The notes below the pieces were generated by a model that was not told where the DNA came from, made no database searches, and saw only the letters and a program-made list of their open reading frames with translations. 64,000 bases of DNA from an uncultured delta proteobacterium (GTDB taxonomy: Bacteria; Desulfobacterota; Binatia; DP-6), in NCBI GenBank assembly GCA_963815115.1, contig CAWFFN010000009.1:800001-864000 (forward strand). Direction: 5' to 3'. Below are positions 1 to 10,261 of this stretch, piece after piece. The position numbers and the translations under genes are program-made. Within the stretch, counting starts at the first letter, position 1. The number at the start of each line of letters is the position of its first letter.

Positions 1-543
1 CGCGAGATCGTAGCCGATCACCTGCTCGATCACGCCGTTCGCGTTCGAACTCGCCGCGAGGATCGTCTCGCTGAACGAGAACTGGCAGAAGCCGGGCGGG
101 ATCGGGCTGCCGGTGGGGATCGAGAGGAACGGCGTGAACGTGAACACGAGATGCGACGGGACGGGACCGCCACCGGGATTGTTCGAGGCGATCGTGCCAG
201 GGCAGTTCGTCACGATGGAGGCGTCGCCATCGTAGGACATCACCGGCCCTTCGCTCGGGCAGTTGGGGGTCGGCCCCGGCGGATCGGCGCAGGAGAGGTC
301 GAAGCCAAAGCTGCTCACCTGCAGCACGTTCAGCGGGCCACCCGTGATGGTGCCCGCGCCCAGGTCGATCCGCACATCGAGCGTGTCGCCGATGTTGTTG
401 ACGATCTGGGAGTTCGGGTAGGAGATATTGATGAAGCCGTTGCACTCCTGGGCCGCCTGTGCGGGGGCCGCTGTCAGCAGCGCCGCCACGCCCACAGCGA
501 GCAGACCTCTCCTCAGGGTTCCGATCAGGATCTTTGTACTCAT
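1..543 (-). CDS. Secreted hypothetical protein (partial, runs off left edge)
   Basis: ATG at 543 with GGAGGA RBS; open frame MSTKILIGTLRRGLLAVGVAALLTAAPAQA-AQECNGFINISYP... with signal peptide; no stop inside the window, so absent from the ORF track. Confidence 0.8.
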   Translation of the reverse strand, partial: MSTKILIGTLRRGLLAVGVAALLTAAPAQAAQECNGFINISYPNSQIVNNIGDTLDVRIDLGAGTITGGPLNVLQVSSFGFDLSCADPPGPTPNCPSEGPVMSYDGDASIVTNCPGTIASNNPGGGPVPSHLVFTFTPFLSIPTGSPIPPGFCQFSFSETILAASSNANGVIEQVIGYDLA

Positions 544-1015
544 CGCGGTATCCTCCAGAGGTTGAACGTTGAACTGCCGTGCCGCTCGACTTGGTGGACC
601 GCTCGCGTGAGTGGGTTCCCGGACCTACGCAGTGTACTCGATGAGACGCGTAGAGCCCAGGAAAAAATGCGCGCTCGTGCCGTCGCTGACCGAGGCGGAG
701 CCTCCGGCGAGGTCAACCGGGCTCGGCTCGCGTACGATACGCGCGGCGGCGGCGTTTGGATTCCGAAGCGCTCTGGTCGGGCGCTGCCGACCGGGAGCAC
801 TCATGCCGCGGGCTGATCGCATCCAGACGTCGCTCGGCCCGACGGCGTTACATGGGAGGGTACGTCAGTTCCAAGCCAAACGACCGAACGGAGATTCAGC
901 CATCGACCCACAGGCGACCGCCATTTCTCCTGACCGTACCGACATGGAGACATCTATGGCGTCTGGCTGGTTAGAATCCCCTCTGGTAGCATGAGACCTT
1001 GTAGCGGGGAGGGAC

Positions 1016-3019
1016 ATGAGTCAACGGGTATGGGGCGAGAGGCGGTCGGCGCAGGTGACGACGGGGAGGTCGGCTGGGCGGCTCGCCGGCCTCGAGCTGT
1101 CGGCGATCAAAGCGGTCGAGCTTGAGGCGAGCCGCATGCCGGACGTCGTTTCGCTCGCCCAGGGCATCCCGAGCTTCGACACTCCGGACCCCATCAAACG
1201 CTTCGTGGAGGAGCGCCTCGCCGAAGGTCTGTGCGGCCGCTACTCGGTGACCCCGGGCCTGCCGCGCCTTCGCGAGGCCATCGCCGAGGCCCTGGCGCGC
1301 GACGCGATGGCCTACGATCCCGACGGTGAGATCCTGGTCACGGCGGGATCGATCGAGGCGATCGCCGCGAGTCTCCTCGCCCTCATCCAGCCGGGCGACG
1401 AAGTGCTCGTGGTCTCACCCACTTACGCCTCTTATCTTCCCGCGATTCGCCTCGCGGGCGGGGTGCCTCGCTTCGTGCCACTGGCGGAGGACGCGAACTT
1501 CGACCTCGACCCCGACGCCATCTCCGCCGCTGCGGGGCGGCGCACCCGTGCCCTGGTCCTGTGCAATCCGAACAACCCGACGGGGACCGTGTTCTCGGCG
1601 GAGCAGACCCGCCGCATGCTGCAGGTCGCCGAGCGCGAGGACATCGCCGTCATCGCCGACGAGGTCTACAAGGATTTCCTCTACGGCGACGCGCGTATCC
1701 ACAGCGCGGCGATGGAGCCGTCAGCGCGCGACCGCGTGATCCGCGTCTGCTCATTCTCTAAGGCCTATGCCATGACCGGCTGGCGGGTTGGGTTCCTGCA
1801 CGGCCCCGCCCGCATGGTCACCGACGTGCTCAAGGTACACGACACCATGGTCACCTGTGCGCCGGTCATCTCCCAGTACGCCGCGCTGGCCGCCCTCGAG
1901 CTCGGCGACGAGGCGATCGGGAACTTCCGTGCCGAGTTCCGCCGTCGCCGGGACCAGGTCATCGCGCGCCTCGATGCGCTCCCCGAGGTCTTCGACTACC
2001 AGAAGCCGAACGCGTCCTACTTCGTCTTCCCGCGCGTGAAGGACACGGTTCCGCTGGCACGAGACTCCCGCCGGCTCGCTGCCGACATCCTTGCTCGCGC
2101 CCGGGTCGCTCTGGTGCCGGGCGTCGCCTTCGGGCCGACGGGAGAGGGCCACCTGCGCGCCTGCTACGCTCGCAGCTCCGACGACATCCACCGCGCTTTC
2201 GACAGGCTGGGCGACTACTTCGCCGGGGCCCGGCCGCGGGCGACCGATGGGCGCGGCGGCACGCGGGGGGTCACGAGGGCGCCCGGGTTGATGCACCGCA
2301 CGGGCATGGCCCTGCTTCGCCACGGGGCACGCGCCCACCTCGCCCGCACGCGCCCCCGCGTCGTGGCCATCACGGGAACGCAGGGCAAGACCGTCATGAA
2401 GCGCGCCCTGAGCGAGCTACTCGCCGGCCGGCTCCGGGTACGGGCCAACCCGCTCTCCTACAACACGGCGATCGGGGTTCCCCTCGCCGTCCTCGGCCGG
2501 ACGATCGAGACGCGGCCGCCTGCGCGCCTGATGCGCGGAGTCGCGGCCGCGCTGCGGACGGCCTACGCGGGCCGGGAAGCGGTGGACGTCATGGTGCTCG
2601 AGCTCGGCGTCCGGAGTCCGGGCGACGTGCGATCGCACCTCGACCTCGTGCACCCCGACATCGTCGTGGTGGCCCCCCTCGGCCCGAGCTTCCGCCAGGA
2701 GGTGGACGCCCGCGACACACTCAGGGTGGAGATCGAGGCGTTGTGCGCGGAGATCGCACCGGGATCGCTCCTACTGTGCGACGACGATCCGTTCCTCGCC
2801 GAGCTGGCTCGCCGCACACCGGGCGCGGTACGCTTCGGCCGCGACGACGTCGAGCGACGCGGCGAGGACGTCGTTCTGCGCGTCGACGGGGTCGCGTGGC
2901 CTGTCGGCCGCGACACGGTCGGAGGGAGCGGCCTACGCGCCCTGTCCGTCGCCGTCCGCGTCGGGCGTTTGCTGGGGCTCGGTGACGCGGACATCGGACG
3001 GTTCCTGAAGGCGAGCTGA
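1016..3019 (+). CDS. PLP-dependent aminotransferase class I/II fused to a C-terminal Mur-ligase (MurF-like) ATP-binding domain
   Basis: CNPNNPTG, DEVY and SFSKAYAMTGWRVG aminotransferase motifs, then VVAITGTQGKT and SYNTAIGVPL Mur-ligase-like motifs; start could be slightly downstream. Confidence 0.85.
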   Translation: MSQRVWGERRSAQVTTGRSAGRLAGLELSAIKAVELEASRMPDVVSLAQGIPSFDTPDPIKRFVEERLAEGLCGRYSVTPGLPRLREAIAEALARDAMAYDPDGEILVTAGSIEAIAASLLALIQPGDEVLVVSPTYASYLPAIRLAGGVPRFVPLAEDANFDLDPDAISAAAGRRTRALVLCNPNNPTGTVFSAEQTRRMLQVAEREDIAVIADEVYKDFLYGDARIHSAAMEPSARDRVIRVCSFSKAYAMTGWRVGFLHGPARMVTDVLKVHDTMVTCAPVISQYAALAALELGDEAIGNFRAEFRRRRDQVIARLDALPEVFDYQKPNASYFVFPRVKDTVPLARDSRRLAADILARARVALVPGVAFGPTGEGHLRACYARSSDDIHRAFDRLGDYFAGARPRATDGRGGTRGVTRAPGLMHRTGMALLRHGARAHLARTRPRVVAITGTQGKTVMKRALSELLAGRLRVRANPLSYNTAIGVPLAVLGRTIETRPPARLMRGVAAALRTAYAGREAVDVMVLELGVRSPGDVRSHLDLVHPDIVVVAPLGPSFRQEVDARDTLRVEIEALCAEIAPGSLLLCDDDPFLAELARRTPGAVRFGRDDVERRGEDVVLRVDGVAWPVGRDTVGGSGLRALSVAVRVGRLLGLGDADIGRFLKAS

Positions 3020-3433
3020 GGCCCGTGACGGCCCGGGCAGCGGTGGGCCGGCCGAGGACTCTTCTTGCTCGGTAGGCTACAGCGGCGTACCGGGGAACGG
3101 GAAACGGGTCCCCTAGACGGTCGGCTGCGTCAGGCAGCACTTCTTTGTGATGACCGAGATGACCATCTCAGCGTGCCGTCCAGCGCATGGCGCCAATGGC
3201 TCGCAGCCTGCACCTGGAGAAGTGCCCGCGCCGCCCGCAGCCCAGCTGCGACACGGCCGAGTTCACCGTGAAAGACCTCTGAATCGCGCATCGGCACGGC
3301 GGCACGCAGCTGCTGCCAGCGGGTTATTGGCAAGCTGGACGAGTTCGCCGGCGGGACCAGCGTGTCCCCATCGACGCGGCCTTTCCCGACCACTACCTCA
3401 CCATGAACGATCGGGTGAGGCCGTCCGCCTCCG

Positions 3434-3862
3434 CTAGGAACCGAAGTAGCGGAACGCTGCGCGAGCCGCCATGAACCAGACCGCCACGGTGGAGACCAGG
3501 TAGAGGTAGAACCGCACGATCACGATGTTGATCGTGCAGTGGACGGCGCTGTGCAGGGCGCGAAACACGACGAACACCCAGGCAGCCGTCAGGTGTGCGG
3601 GATCGACCTGATTGGTCACGAACAGGTAGAGCGCCAGCGCGTAGAAGAGTACGGGGATCTCGAAGAGGTTCTTCAGGTTGTCCGACGGATTGGCGACCGC
3701 CGCGGGCGAAAGTCGAGCGAGCGCACCGGGGACGGCCAGGTCCGTCGGACTGAGCTTGCTCCCTCTGATGAATCCGATGCGTCGGACGTACATGAACGCC
3801 CAGACGACGAACGTCAGGATCATCGTGGAGAAAAAGGGACCGAAGATCGCCGTCTGGGGCAT
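3434..3862 (-). CDS. MAPEG family membrane protein
   Basis: Hydrophobic helices, NLFEIPVLFY and RALHSAVH motifs; AGGAGAGG RBS. Confidence 0.8.
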   Translation of the reverse strand: MPQTAIFGPFFSTMILTFVVWAFMYVRRIGFIRGSKLSPTDLAVPGALARLSPAAVANPSDNLKNLFEIPVLFYALALYLFVTNQVDPAHLTAAWVFVVFRALHSAVHCTINIVIVRFYLYLVSTVAVWFMAARAAFRYFGS

Positions 3863-3920
3863 CGTCCTCTCCTTCCAGCTCGCGTTTCACTTGCAAGGCC
3901 GCTGACGTCTCGCCCGGCCG

Positions 3921-4415
3921 TCAGGCGTTGGCCATTCGATCCCTGAGAAGGACCCGGAACGTGATGTAGTGCGTGACCAGGAGCGCCGGCACCCAGAACG
4001 CCGGGATCCAGTACGCCGGGCCCATGTACGCCGGCGCGCCGTACAGCGTCGACAGCACGATCGCCAGCATCAGATCGAGCGTTCCTTCCACGTTGAACGC
4101 CCATACCAGACCTCGTGCCCATGGGTGATCGCGGACGACGGCGACGAGCGCACCGAAGGCCAGCAGCGCCGCGAGCAGATCGCCGAATGCCGCGGGATAG
4201 GCGAACTGCGCGGGCATGCCGGGGTATGTGGCGCTGGGTGCGAGGAACATGAGCCCCAGGTGGCGGAACGAGTGCAGCAGAAGGATGGGCGCCATGATGG
4301 TGCGGAAGCTCCAGGTCCCGAGCTTCGGCAGGACGTACAGTCGAGCGGCCGCGTAGAACACCACCGTGCTGGCCACGAGGTTGATGGTGAGTATGCGATC
4401 GAAGAGGGCTTGCAT
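3921..4415 (-). CDS. Hypothetical integral membrane protein
   Basis: 164 aa with several TM segments; co-oriented with the efflux genes. Confidence 0.7.
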   Translation of the reverse strand: MQALFDRILTINLVASTVVFYAAARLYVLPKLGTWSFRTIMAPILLLHSFRHLGLMFLAPSATYPGMPAQFAYPAAFGDLLAALLAFGALVAVVRDHPWARGLVWAFNVEGTLDLMLAIVLSTLYGAPAYMGPAYWIPAFWVPALLVTHYITFRVLLRDRMANA

Positions 4416-4427
4416 GGTGTCCAGTTG

Positions 4428-6584
4428 CTAGACGGACGCGGGGGCAGGGAGCGCGTCGGGGATGGGACCTCCGCGTTCGGCATCACGCTCGAGAAGCTCG
4501 AGCCGCGCCACCAGCTGGTGATAGGCGGCCAGCCGGCCCTGAAGATGGGCGGCGAGCCGGGGATCGGCGATGCCTTCGGCATCCACAGCGGCAGCCTCGG
4601 CGCGGGAGAGGAGGGCGGCGACCGGCGGCACCGCGACGTCGCCCTTTCCCTCGACGCGGTCGGCGACGTCCTCGAGGACGTCGCCGATGGCGTCCCCGAG
4701 CGTCCGCAGCGGCTGGCGTACCGTGTCCGGCAGCGCCCCCAGGCTGACGTCGATGCGGTGGCGAACGACGCTCAGGAGCGCCAGGAAGACGGCCTGGGCA
4801 TGCTCGGCGAGTCGTGCAACCGATTCCCTGGCCGCGCGCGCCTCGGCCGTGCCGGCGCCGGGCTCGAACTTGGACTCGTCGTGGAGCCGCAGCGTCGTTG
4901 CCAGGTCCTGGTACACCTGCCAGCGATGTCCGCGAGCGATGCCGAGGTTCGGCTTCTCGCTCAGCCCGACCCGGGAGAGGGTCGCCAGCGAGCGCAGGGT
5001 GGACGCTAGGGCGTGGTGCATCTCGGAGGCCGCAAAGACCGGGCTGAAGGCGTAGTAGACCACGCCGGAAATGATGCCGCCGAGCAGCACCCCGATCACG
5101 CGGTCGCGGGCGGGTACCAGATCGGTCGTCGGGCCGAGATCGCCGATCACGCAGAGCCCCAGGGCGAGACCGATCTGGAGCCCGGCGTAGGAGATGCGCG
5201 CGCTTCCGACCGAGACCCACGCGGCCACGGCGCAGCAGATCCCCACCGCGACCAGAAACGGCGGCAGTGTATCGATGTTGGGCGACGTGCTGACGATCAG
5301 CAGCAGCCCGAGCAGGCCGCCGATGCTCGCGCCGATGATGCGCAGCATGAGCTTCTGCATGGTCGCACCGAAGCTCGACTGCGCGACCACGAGCGTGGTG
5401 AGCACGCAGGTAGAGATCCCCGGCCAATCGAGCCCCTCGTACATTACGTAGGCGATGGTCGTGGCGAGCCCGGTCTTGAGTGCGAAGGCGATCGCGGCGC
5501 CGTTGTCGAGCGAGAACGCCGGAGTGAAGAACTCGCCGAGCCCGAGGACGTCGAGCGGGGATGCCGCGCCTACGGGAGTCTCGGCTCCCAGGGATGCCGT
5601 CGCATCGACCAGCCCGCCGAGCGCCCGTTCCATATCGACCAGGGAGGGCAGGAGCGCCGCCTCGCCGGCGGCCGCGATCGCCTCGTCCGGGACCGCCGTA
5701 CCGCTCGGCATCGCCTGGGCGGGTCGGCGCGACTCGAGCGCGGCGGCGATGACCGCGCAGCGTTCGCCGATCGCCGCCAGGCGTTGGCGCACCGGCCCGG
5801 TGAGCGGGCCACGCGCCGCGTGCGCGAACCCGATGCCGGCGCTGAGCAGCAGCTCGGCCCCCGCGATGAGCGCGATCTGCTCCGTGTGGCGGTGCTGCAA
5901 CGACGGGTGGCGCGCCTCGGCGTTCGAGAGGAGGTCGACCTGGCGCGTGAGGCCCGTGAGGGCGAGGGACTCGAGCCGTGCGAGATCAGCCGGCGTCGCG
6001 CTGTCCTCGAGATGCCGTCTGACGAAGTCCTCGACCGCACGCAGCCGCTCGACGAGCGTCCCCATCAGCAGCTCCTCGGGGTCGCTCGGCCAGAGCAGGG
6101 TCTGGGCGAGCGTGGCGATGAGCGAGCCCAGCGCCAGGAGCGCGATGCGCCAGAGCGCCTTCTCCGTGGCCCCCGCCAGGTCCGTGCCACTCGGGGCAGT
6201 CAGCACCAGCGCGACGGTGATGCCGCCGAGGGTGCCCAGGTACGGCGCCGTGGTGGTCGTCGAGATGAAGATGAAGAACGCGCACAACGGACCGAGGAGC
6301 GGGATGCGTACCCACGGTCGATCGATCGTCGCGATCAGGACGAACAGCCCGATCCCGCCGCCGATGAAGGTGCCGAGGATGCGGAGCCCGGCCTTCCGGA
6401 TCGATGCGCCGCTGTCCGCCTGACTCACGATGAAGATCGTGACGATGACGTAGTAGCCGTACGGCACCTGGAGCGTCATGATCAGGGTCGTGGCGACCAC
6501 GCAGGCGAACACGATCCGCATGGTGGCGGCCCAGCGCCCCGGCGTGGGCGCGAGCTCCGCGCCGAGGATGTCCCACAGGCTCAT
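4428..6584 (-). CDS. mdtO: FUSC family inner-membrane efflux subunit (MdtO-like)
   Basis: ELAPTPGRW N-terminus, two hydrophobic blocks, DRVIGVLLG motif; abuts the MdtN-like gene. Confidence 0.8.
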   Translation of the reverse strand: MSLWDILGAELAPTPGRWAATMRIVFACVVATTLIMTLQVPYGYYVIVTIFIVSQADSGASIRKAGLRILGTFIGGGIGLFVLIATIDRPWVRIPLLGPLCAFFIFISTTTTAPYLGTLGGITVALVLTAPSGTDLAGATEKALWRIALLALGSLIATLAQTLLWPSDPEELLMGTLVERLRAVEDFVRRHLEDSATPADLARLESLALTGLTRQVDLLSNAEARHPSLQHRHTEQIALIAGAELLLSAGIGFAHAARGPLTGPVRQRLAAIGERCAVIAAALESRRPAQAMPSGTAVPDEAIAAAGEAALLPSLVDMERALGGLVDATASLGAETPVGAASPLDVLGLGEFFTPAFSLDNGAAIAFALKTGLATTIAYVMYEGLDWPGISTCVLTTLVVAQSSFGATMQKLMLRIIGASIGGLLGLLLIVSTSPNIDTLPPFLVAVGICCAVAAWVSVGSARISYAGLQIGLALGLCVIGDLGPTTDLVPARDRVIGVLLGGIISGVVYYAFSPVFAASEMHHALASTLRSLATLSRVGLSEKPNLGIARGHRWQVYQDLATTLRLHDESKFEPGAGTAEARAARESVARLAEHAQAVFLALLSVVRHRIDVSLGALPDTVRQPLRTLGDAIGDVLEDVADRVEGKGDVAVPPVAALLSRAEAAAVDAEGIADPRLAAHLQGRLAAYHQLVARLELLERDAERGGPIPDALPAPASV

Positions 6585-7616
6585 CTAGCGCGGGGCCGTG
6601 GAGCCGTCGCCCACAGCCGGGGTCCCGCGGACGGTGACGACGGCGGTGGCGCCCATGCGGAAGGGCTGCTCGGGATCGGGATCCTCGAGCTTGATGCGCA
6701 CCTGGAAGCGCTGCGCGAGGCGGACCCAGTTGAGCGTCGGCTGCACCTCGGGAAGCACGCCGACCGTCGCGCCGTCGGGCGGATGGATCGCCCAGCCGGT
6801 GCCCTGCACCACGCCGCGGAAGCGCCGGCCGGGGTAGCTCATCAGGTACACGTCCGCCTCCATCCCCGGCCTGATGGCGTCGAGGAAGGTCTCGCGGAAG
6901 TTCGCCAGCACGTACCAGGAGCGGCCATCCACCAGCGCGAGGACCTGATCGCCCTGCCGGGCATACTGGCCGATGGAGATGTTGAGGTTGGTCACATAGC
7001 CGTCGAACGGCGTCCGTACCCAGCAGTAGCCGACGTTCAGCTCGGCGTCGCCGACGGCGGCCTGGGCTGCCTGGCGGCGGGCGTTCAACTCGCCGAACTG
7101 CGCCAGCAGCTGCTGGGCGCGCTCGAGCTCGTGACGGGCCTGGTCGTGCGCCGCCGCCGCCGCCCGCTGCTTCGAGCGCGCGTCCTCCACCTTGTCCGTG
7201 GTCACGTACTGCTTCGCCAGCAGCGGCTCGACCCGGCGCAGGTAGTTGGCGGCATACCAGGATTCCGCTTCGCGCCGCTTCACCTCGGCTTCCGCCGCCG
7301 CGATCGCGCTCTGCTGCGCGCTGATCTGGCTCTCCACCACCGCCAGCTCGGCGCGGGTACGATCCAGGGTCACCTGGTAGGGGCGCGGATCGACGACGAA
7401 GAGCAGGTCGCCGGTCTTGACCGGCTGGTTGTCGACCACCGGCAGCTCCACGATCGGACCGCTCACGTGGGGGGCGATGCCCACCAGATTGGCACGGACG
7501 TACGCGTCGTCGGTTCGCGGATGGCGCCGGTTGAGCGCCAGGACCCAGACGGTCACCAGCACGGTGGCGACGACGATCGCTGCCCCGATCACCCGACCGA
7601 GCCACCGCAGACCCAT
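6585..7616 (-). CDS. mdtN: HlyD family membrane fusion protein (MdtN-like)
   Basis: PRTDDAYVRAN, lipoyl-like IAPHVSG...VKTGD and NWVRLAQRFQVRI motifs; start reassigned to ATG 7616. Confidence 0.85.
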   Translation of the reverse strand: MGLRWLGRVIGAAIVVATVLVTVWVLALNRRHPRTDDAYVRANLVGIAPHVSGPIVELPVVDNQPVKTGDLLFVVDPRPYQVTLDRTRAELAVVESQISAQQSAIAAAEAEVKRREAESWYAANYLRRVEPLLAKQYVTTDKVEDARSKQRAAAAAHDQARHELERAQQLLAQFGELNARRQAAQAAVGDAELNVGYCWVRTPFDGYVTNLNISIGQYARQGDQVLALVDGRSWYVLANFRETFLDAIRPGMEADVYLMSYPGRRFRGVVQGTGWAIHPPDGATVGVLPEVQPTLNWVRLAQRFQVRIKLEDPDPEQPFRMGATAVVTVRGTPAVGDGSTAPR

Positions 7617-7621
7617 GGCCG

Positions 7622-7882
7622 TCAGGTCCGGTAGAGGAGAAGCCAGGTGACGAGGGTCACGAGCAGGCCGAGGCAGGGGTAGACCACGAGTAGCGGCCCC
7701 AGGTGCGGCTCGAGGCCGGAGCGAGCGAAGACCTCGCGTGCGATCACGGTGAGGGTGACGCCCACGATGAGGCAGAGCATCCAGGCCGGAAAGAACGACC
7801 CGTCGATGTCCAGGAGGGGGTCGCAGCCGGAGGCGAGCGTGGCGAGGGCGGTCGCAAGGATCGGTCGATTCGTGACCCGCAT
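7622..7882 (-). CDS. ytcA: YtcA family lipoprotein
   Basis: Lipobox LASGC and GSFFPAWMLC motif; directly upstream of the mdtN-like gene. Confidence 0.8.
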   Translation of the reverse strand: MRVTNRPILATALATLASGCDPLLDIDGSFFPAWMLCLIVGVTLTVIAREVFARSGLEPHLGPLLVVYPCLGLLVTLVTWLLLYRT

Positions 7883-7923
7883 CCGGTAATCCCTTACAAT
7901 CTCGCGCCCTCCCGAAAAAGAGC

Positions 7924-9405
7924 ATGTGCACGCGATCCCCCCGCCTCCGCGCCCTCGTGCTCGCCGCGGCCGCGCTCTCGGGATGTGGCCGCCTCCGGCA
8001 CTCGGCGGCCCTGCACCCTTACGACAGCGCGCCTCCGTCGCACGCTGCGCCGTGGACGCCCCCCACGCCCTCGGAGCCACCGCCTTCGCCGCCCGGGGTC
8101 GTGTTGCCCGAGCCGGACCACCAGCAGGATCTTCCCGACCTGATCGAGCTCGCCCTGCGCAACAATCCCGACACGCGGCGCGCGTGGGAGGAGGCGCGGG
8201 CGGCGGCCGCCCGCCTGGGACGAGCCGAGGGCGCCTATCTGCCGAAGGTCAAGATGACGGCGATCGGGGGCACCTCGCGGATCGCCAGGGCGATCCCGAC
8301 GGGCAAGGAGGTCATCATCGGACCGGGGATTCAGCCCGACCTCGCCCTCACCTGGGTCCTCGTCGACTTCGGACGGCGCAGCGCGGACCGGGATCGGGCG
8401 CTTCAGGAGCTGCTCGCGACGAACTACGCGTTCGATCGACGCCTGCAGACCGTGGTGTTCAACGTGCAGCGGAGCTTCTTCACCCTCGACGCGGCACGGG
8501 CGAGCGTCGGTGCCGCCGAGGCGACGCTCGAGGCGGCGCGCACCGTGGAGGCTGCAGCGTCCGATCGCATGGGCCTGGGGCTGGCGACGAAGCCCGAGGT
8601 GCTGCTCGCGTCGCAGGAGCGCTACCGGTCGGAGTACGAGCTGACCGACGCCAAGGGAGCCGTCCAGCGGACGCACGCCGACCTCGCTGCGAACGTCGGC
8701 ATCTCACCTGCCGAGCCGCTTCAGGTGATCGACCTGTCGCAGGAGGCGTTGCCTCCGGCGCTCTCGGCGACCGTGGAGCAGGTGATGGACGACGCGCTCG
8801 TCGGCCGCCCCGACCTCGCCGCGCAGCTCGCTGCACTGCGGGCCAGGGACGCCGAGGTCCGTCGCGCGCGCTCGGCGTTCTGGCCCACGCTCGGCTTCTC
8901 CGGCGACGTCGGCGGCCTCTGGCGTGACTTCCGCGGGGGGCCGCCGTTCCATTCCCACGAGTTCGCCGAGCCATTCTACGGGACCTTCCTCAACTTCGAG
9001 TGGACGCTGTTCGACGCCCTCGAGCGGGAGAACACGCTGCGCGAGGCGGAGTCGCAGCGCAACGCGGCCGAGGCGGAGCTGGCCTCCCTGCGCCTGGGGG
9101 TCCTGCGCGACGTGTGGCGATCGTACGCCGACGTGAAGACGGCGGCGGGCAAGTACGAGTTCGCGAAAGCGCTGCTGGCATCCGCGATCGAGAGCTACGA
9201 GGCGACGCTGGAAACCTATCGCAATGGCCTGGGAAACTTCCTCGAGCTGCTCGCGGCCGAGCGCGAGCTGGCGCGGGCGCGCTTCACGATCATCGCGAGC
9301 AAAGCGGAGCTCCTGACTGCCTCGGCGGCGCTGGCATTCTCCGCGGGCGGCGGCCCGGCGGCGACCCCGCCCCCGTCCCCGGGGCCACCCGGCCTCCTTC
9401 CTTGA
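7924..9405 (+). CDS. TolC/OEP family outer-membrane efflux lipoprotein (MdtP-like)
   Basis: Lipobox LSGC, LIELALRNNP and two OEP-like repeats; divergent from ytcA-mdtNO. Confidence 0.85.
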   Translation: MCTRSPRLRALVLAAAALSGCGRLRHSAALHPYDSAPPSHAAPWTPPTPSEPPPSPPGVVLPEPDHQQDLPDLIELALRNNPDTRRAWEEARAAAARLGRAEGAYLPKVKMTAIGGTSRIARAIPTGKEVIIGPGIQPDLALTWVLVDFGRRSADRDRALQELLATNYAFDRRLQTVVFNVQRSFFTLDAARASVGAAEATLEAARTVEAAASDRMGLGLATKPEVLLASQERYRSEYELTDAKGAVQRTHADLAANVGISPAEPLQVIDLSQEALPPALSATVEQVMDDALVGRPDLAAQLAALRARDAEVRRARSAFWPTLGFSGDVGGLWRDFRGGPPFHSHEFAEPFYGTFLNFEWTLFDALERENTLREAESQRNAAEAELASLRLGVLRDVWRSYADVKTAAGKYEFAKALLASAIESYEATLETYRNGLGNFLELLAAERELARARFTIIASKAELLTASAALAFSAGGGPAATPPPSPGPPGLLP

Positions 9406-9506
9406 CCTCGTGGCGCTCGGCAGCGTAGTTCAGAGCGGGGGGTACGCGGCGGCCTCGAGGGGCGGCTGCTCTCGCCCGGTCAACGAGCGAAGGAGATCCT
9501 GAAGGC

Positions 9507-10235
9507 ATGGCACTCGACACCAAGAGCCTGGCCGCGGTCGCGGCGGAGTACGGCGGCAAGGACCCGCAGGACGTGATCGCGCTCGCCCTGCGCGAGTACG
9601 GCGGCGACGTCTCCATCTCGTTCAGCGGCGCGGAAGACATCGTCCTCGTCGACATGGCCAAGAAGATCGGCGGCAAGTTCTCCGTCTTCTCCCTGGACAC
9701 CGGACGCCTGCACCCCGAGACCTATCAGTTCCTCGAGAAGGTGCGGACGCACTACGAGGTTCCCGTCGACACCTTCTTCCCGCAGCCGGAGGCGGTGCAG
9801 AAGCTGGTGCACGAGAAGGGCCTGTACTCGTTCTATCGCGACGGCCACAAGGAGTGCTGCGGCGTGCGCAAGGTCGAGCCGCTGGTTCGCGCCCTCAAGC
9901 CGTTCGGCGCCTGGATCACCGGGCAGCGCAAGGACCAGAGCCCGGGAACGCGCGCCGAGGTGCCGGTCGTTCAGCTCGATCCGACCTTCGGCTCGCCCGA
10001 GCGTCCGCTCGTGAAGTTCAATCCGCTGGCCAACTGGACGTCGAAGCAGGTGTGGGCCTACATCCGCCAGCACGACGTGCCGTACAACGCGCTGCACGAC
10101 CGCGGCTTCGTATCGATCGGCTGCGAGCCCTGCACCCGGCCGACGAACCCGGGCGAGCACGAGCGCGCCGGCCGGTGGTGGTGGGAAGAGGAGACCATGA
10201 AGGAATGCGGTCTCCACGCCGGCAACGTGAAGTGA
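9507..10235 (+). CDS. cysH: Adenosine 5'-phosphosulfate (APS)/PAPS reductase, [4Fe-4S] type
   Basis: [28 protein letters not shown] and C-terminal ECGLH motifs. Confidence 0.95.
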   Translation: MALDTKSLAAVAAEYGGKDPQDVIALALREYGGDVSISFSGAEDIVLVDMAKKIGGKFSVFSLDTGRLHPETYQFLEKVRTHYEVPVDTFFPQPEAVQKLVHEKGLYSFYRDGHKECCGVRKVEPLVRALKPFGAWITGQRKDQSPGTRAEVPVVQLDPTFGSPERPLVKFNPLANWTSKQVWAYIRQHDVPYNALHDRGFVSIGCEPCTRPTNPGEHERAGRWWWEEETMKECGLHAGNVK

Positions 10236-10261
10236 CCCGCACCGGGGCTAGATGAGGGCTA

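Noticed and set aside
151-994. Plus-strand ORFs 151-816 and 611-994
   Set aside because: Arg-rich and motif-free; the better-supported gene is the minus-strand secreted protein starting at 543
3020-3433. Short ORFs in the gap after the aminotransferase
   Set aside because: No convincing RBS, motif or RNA structure could be identified
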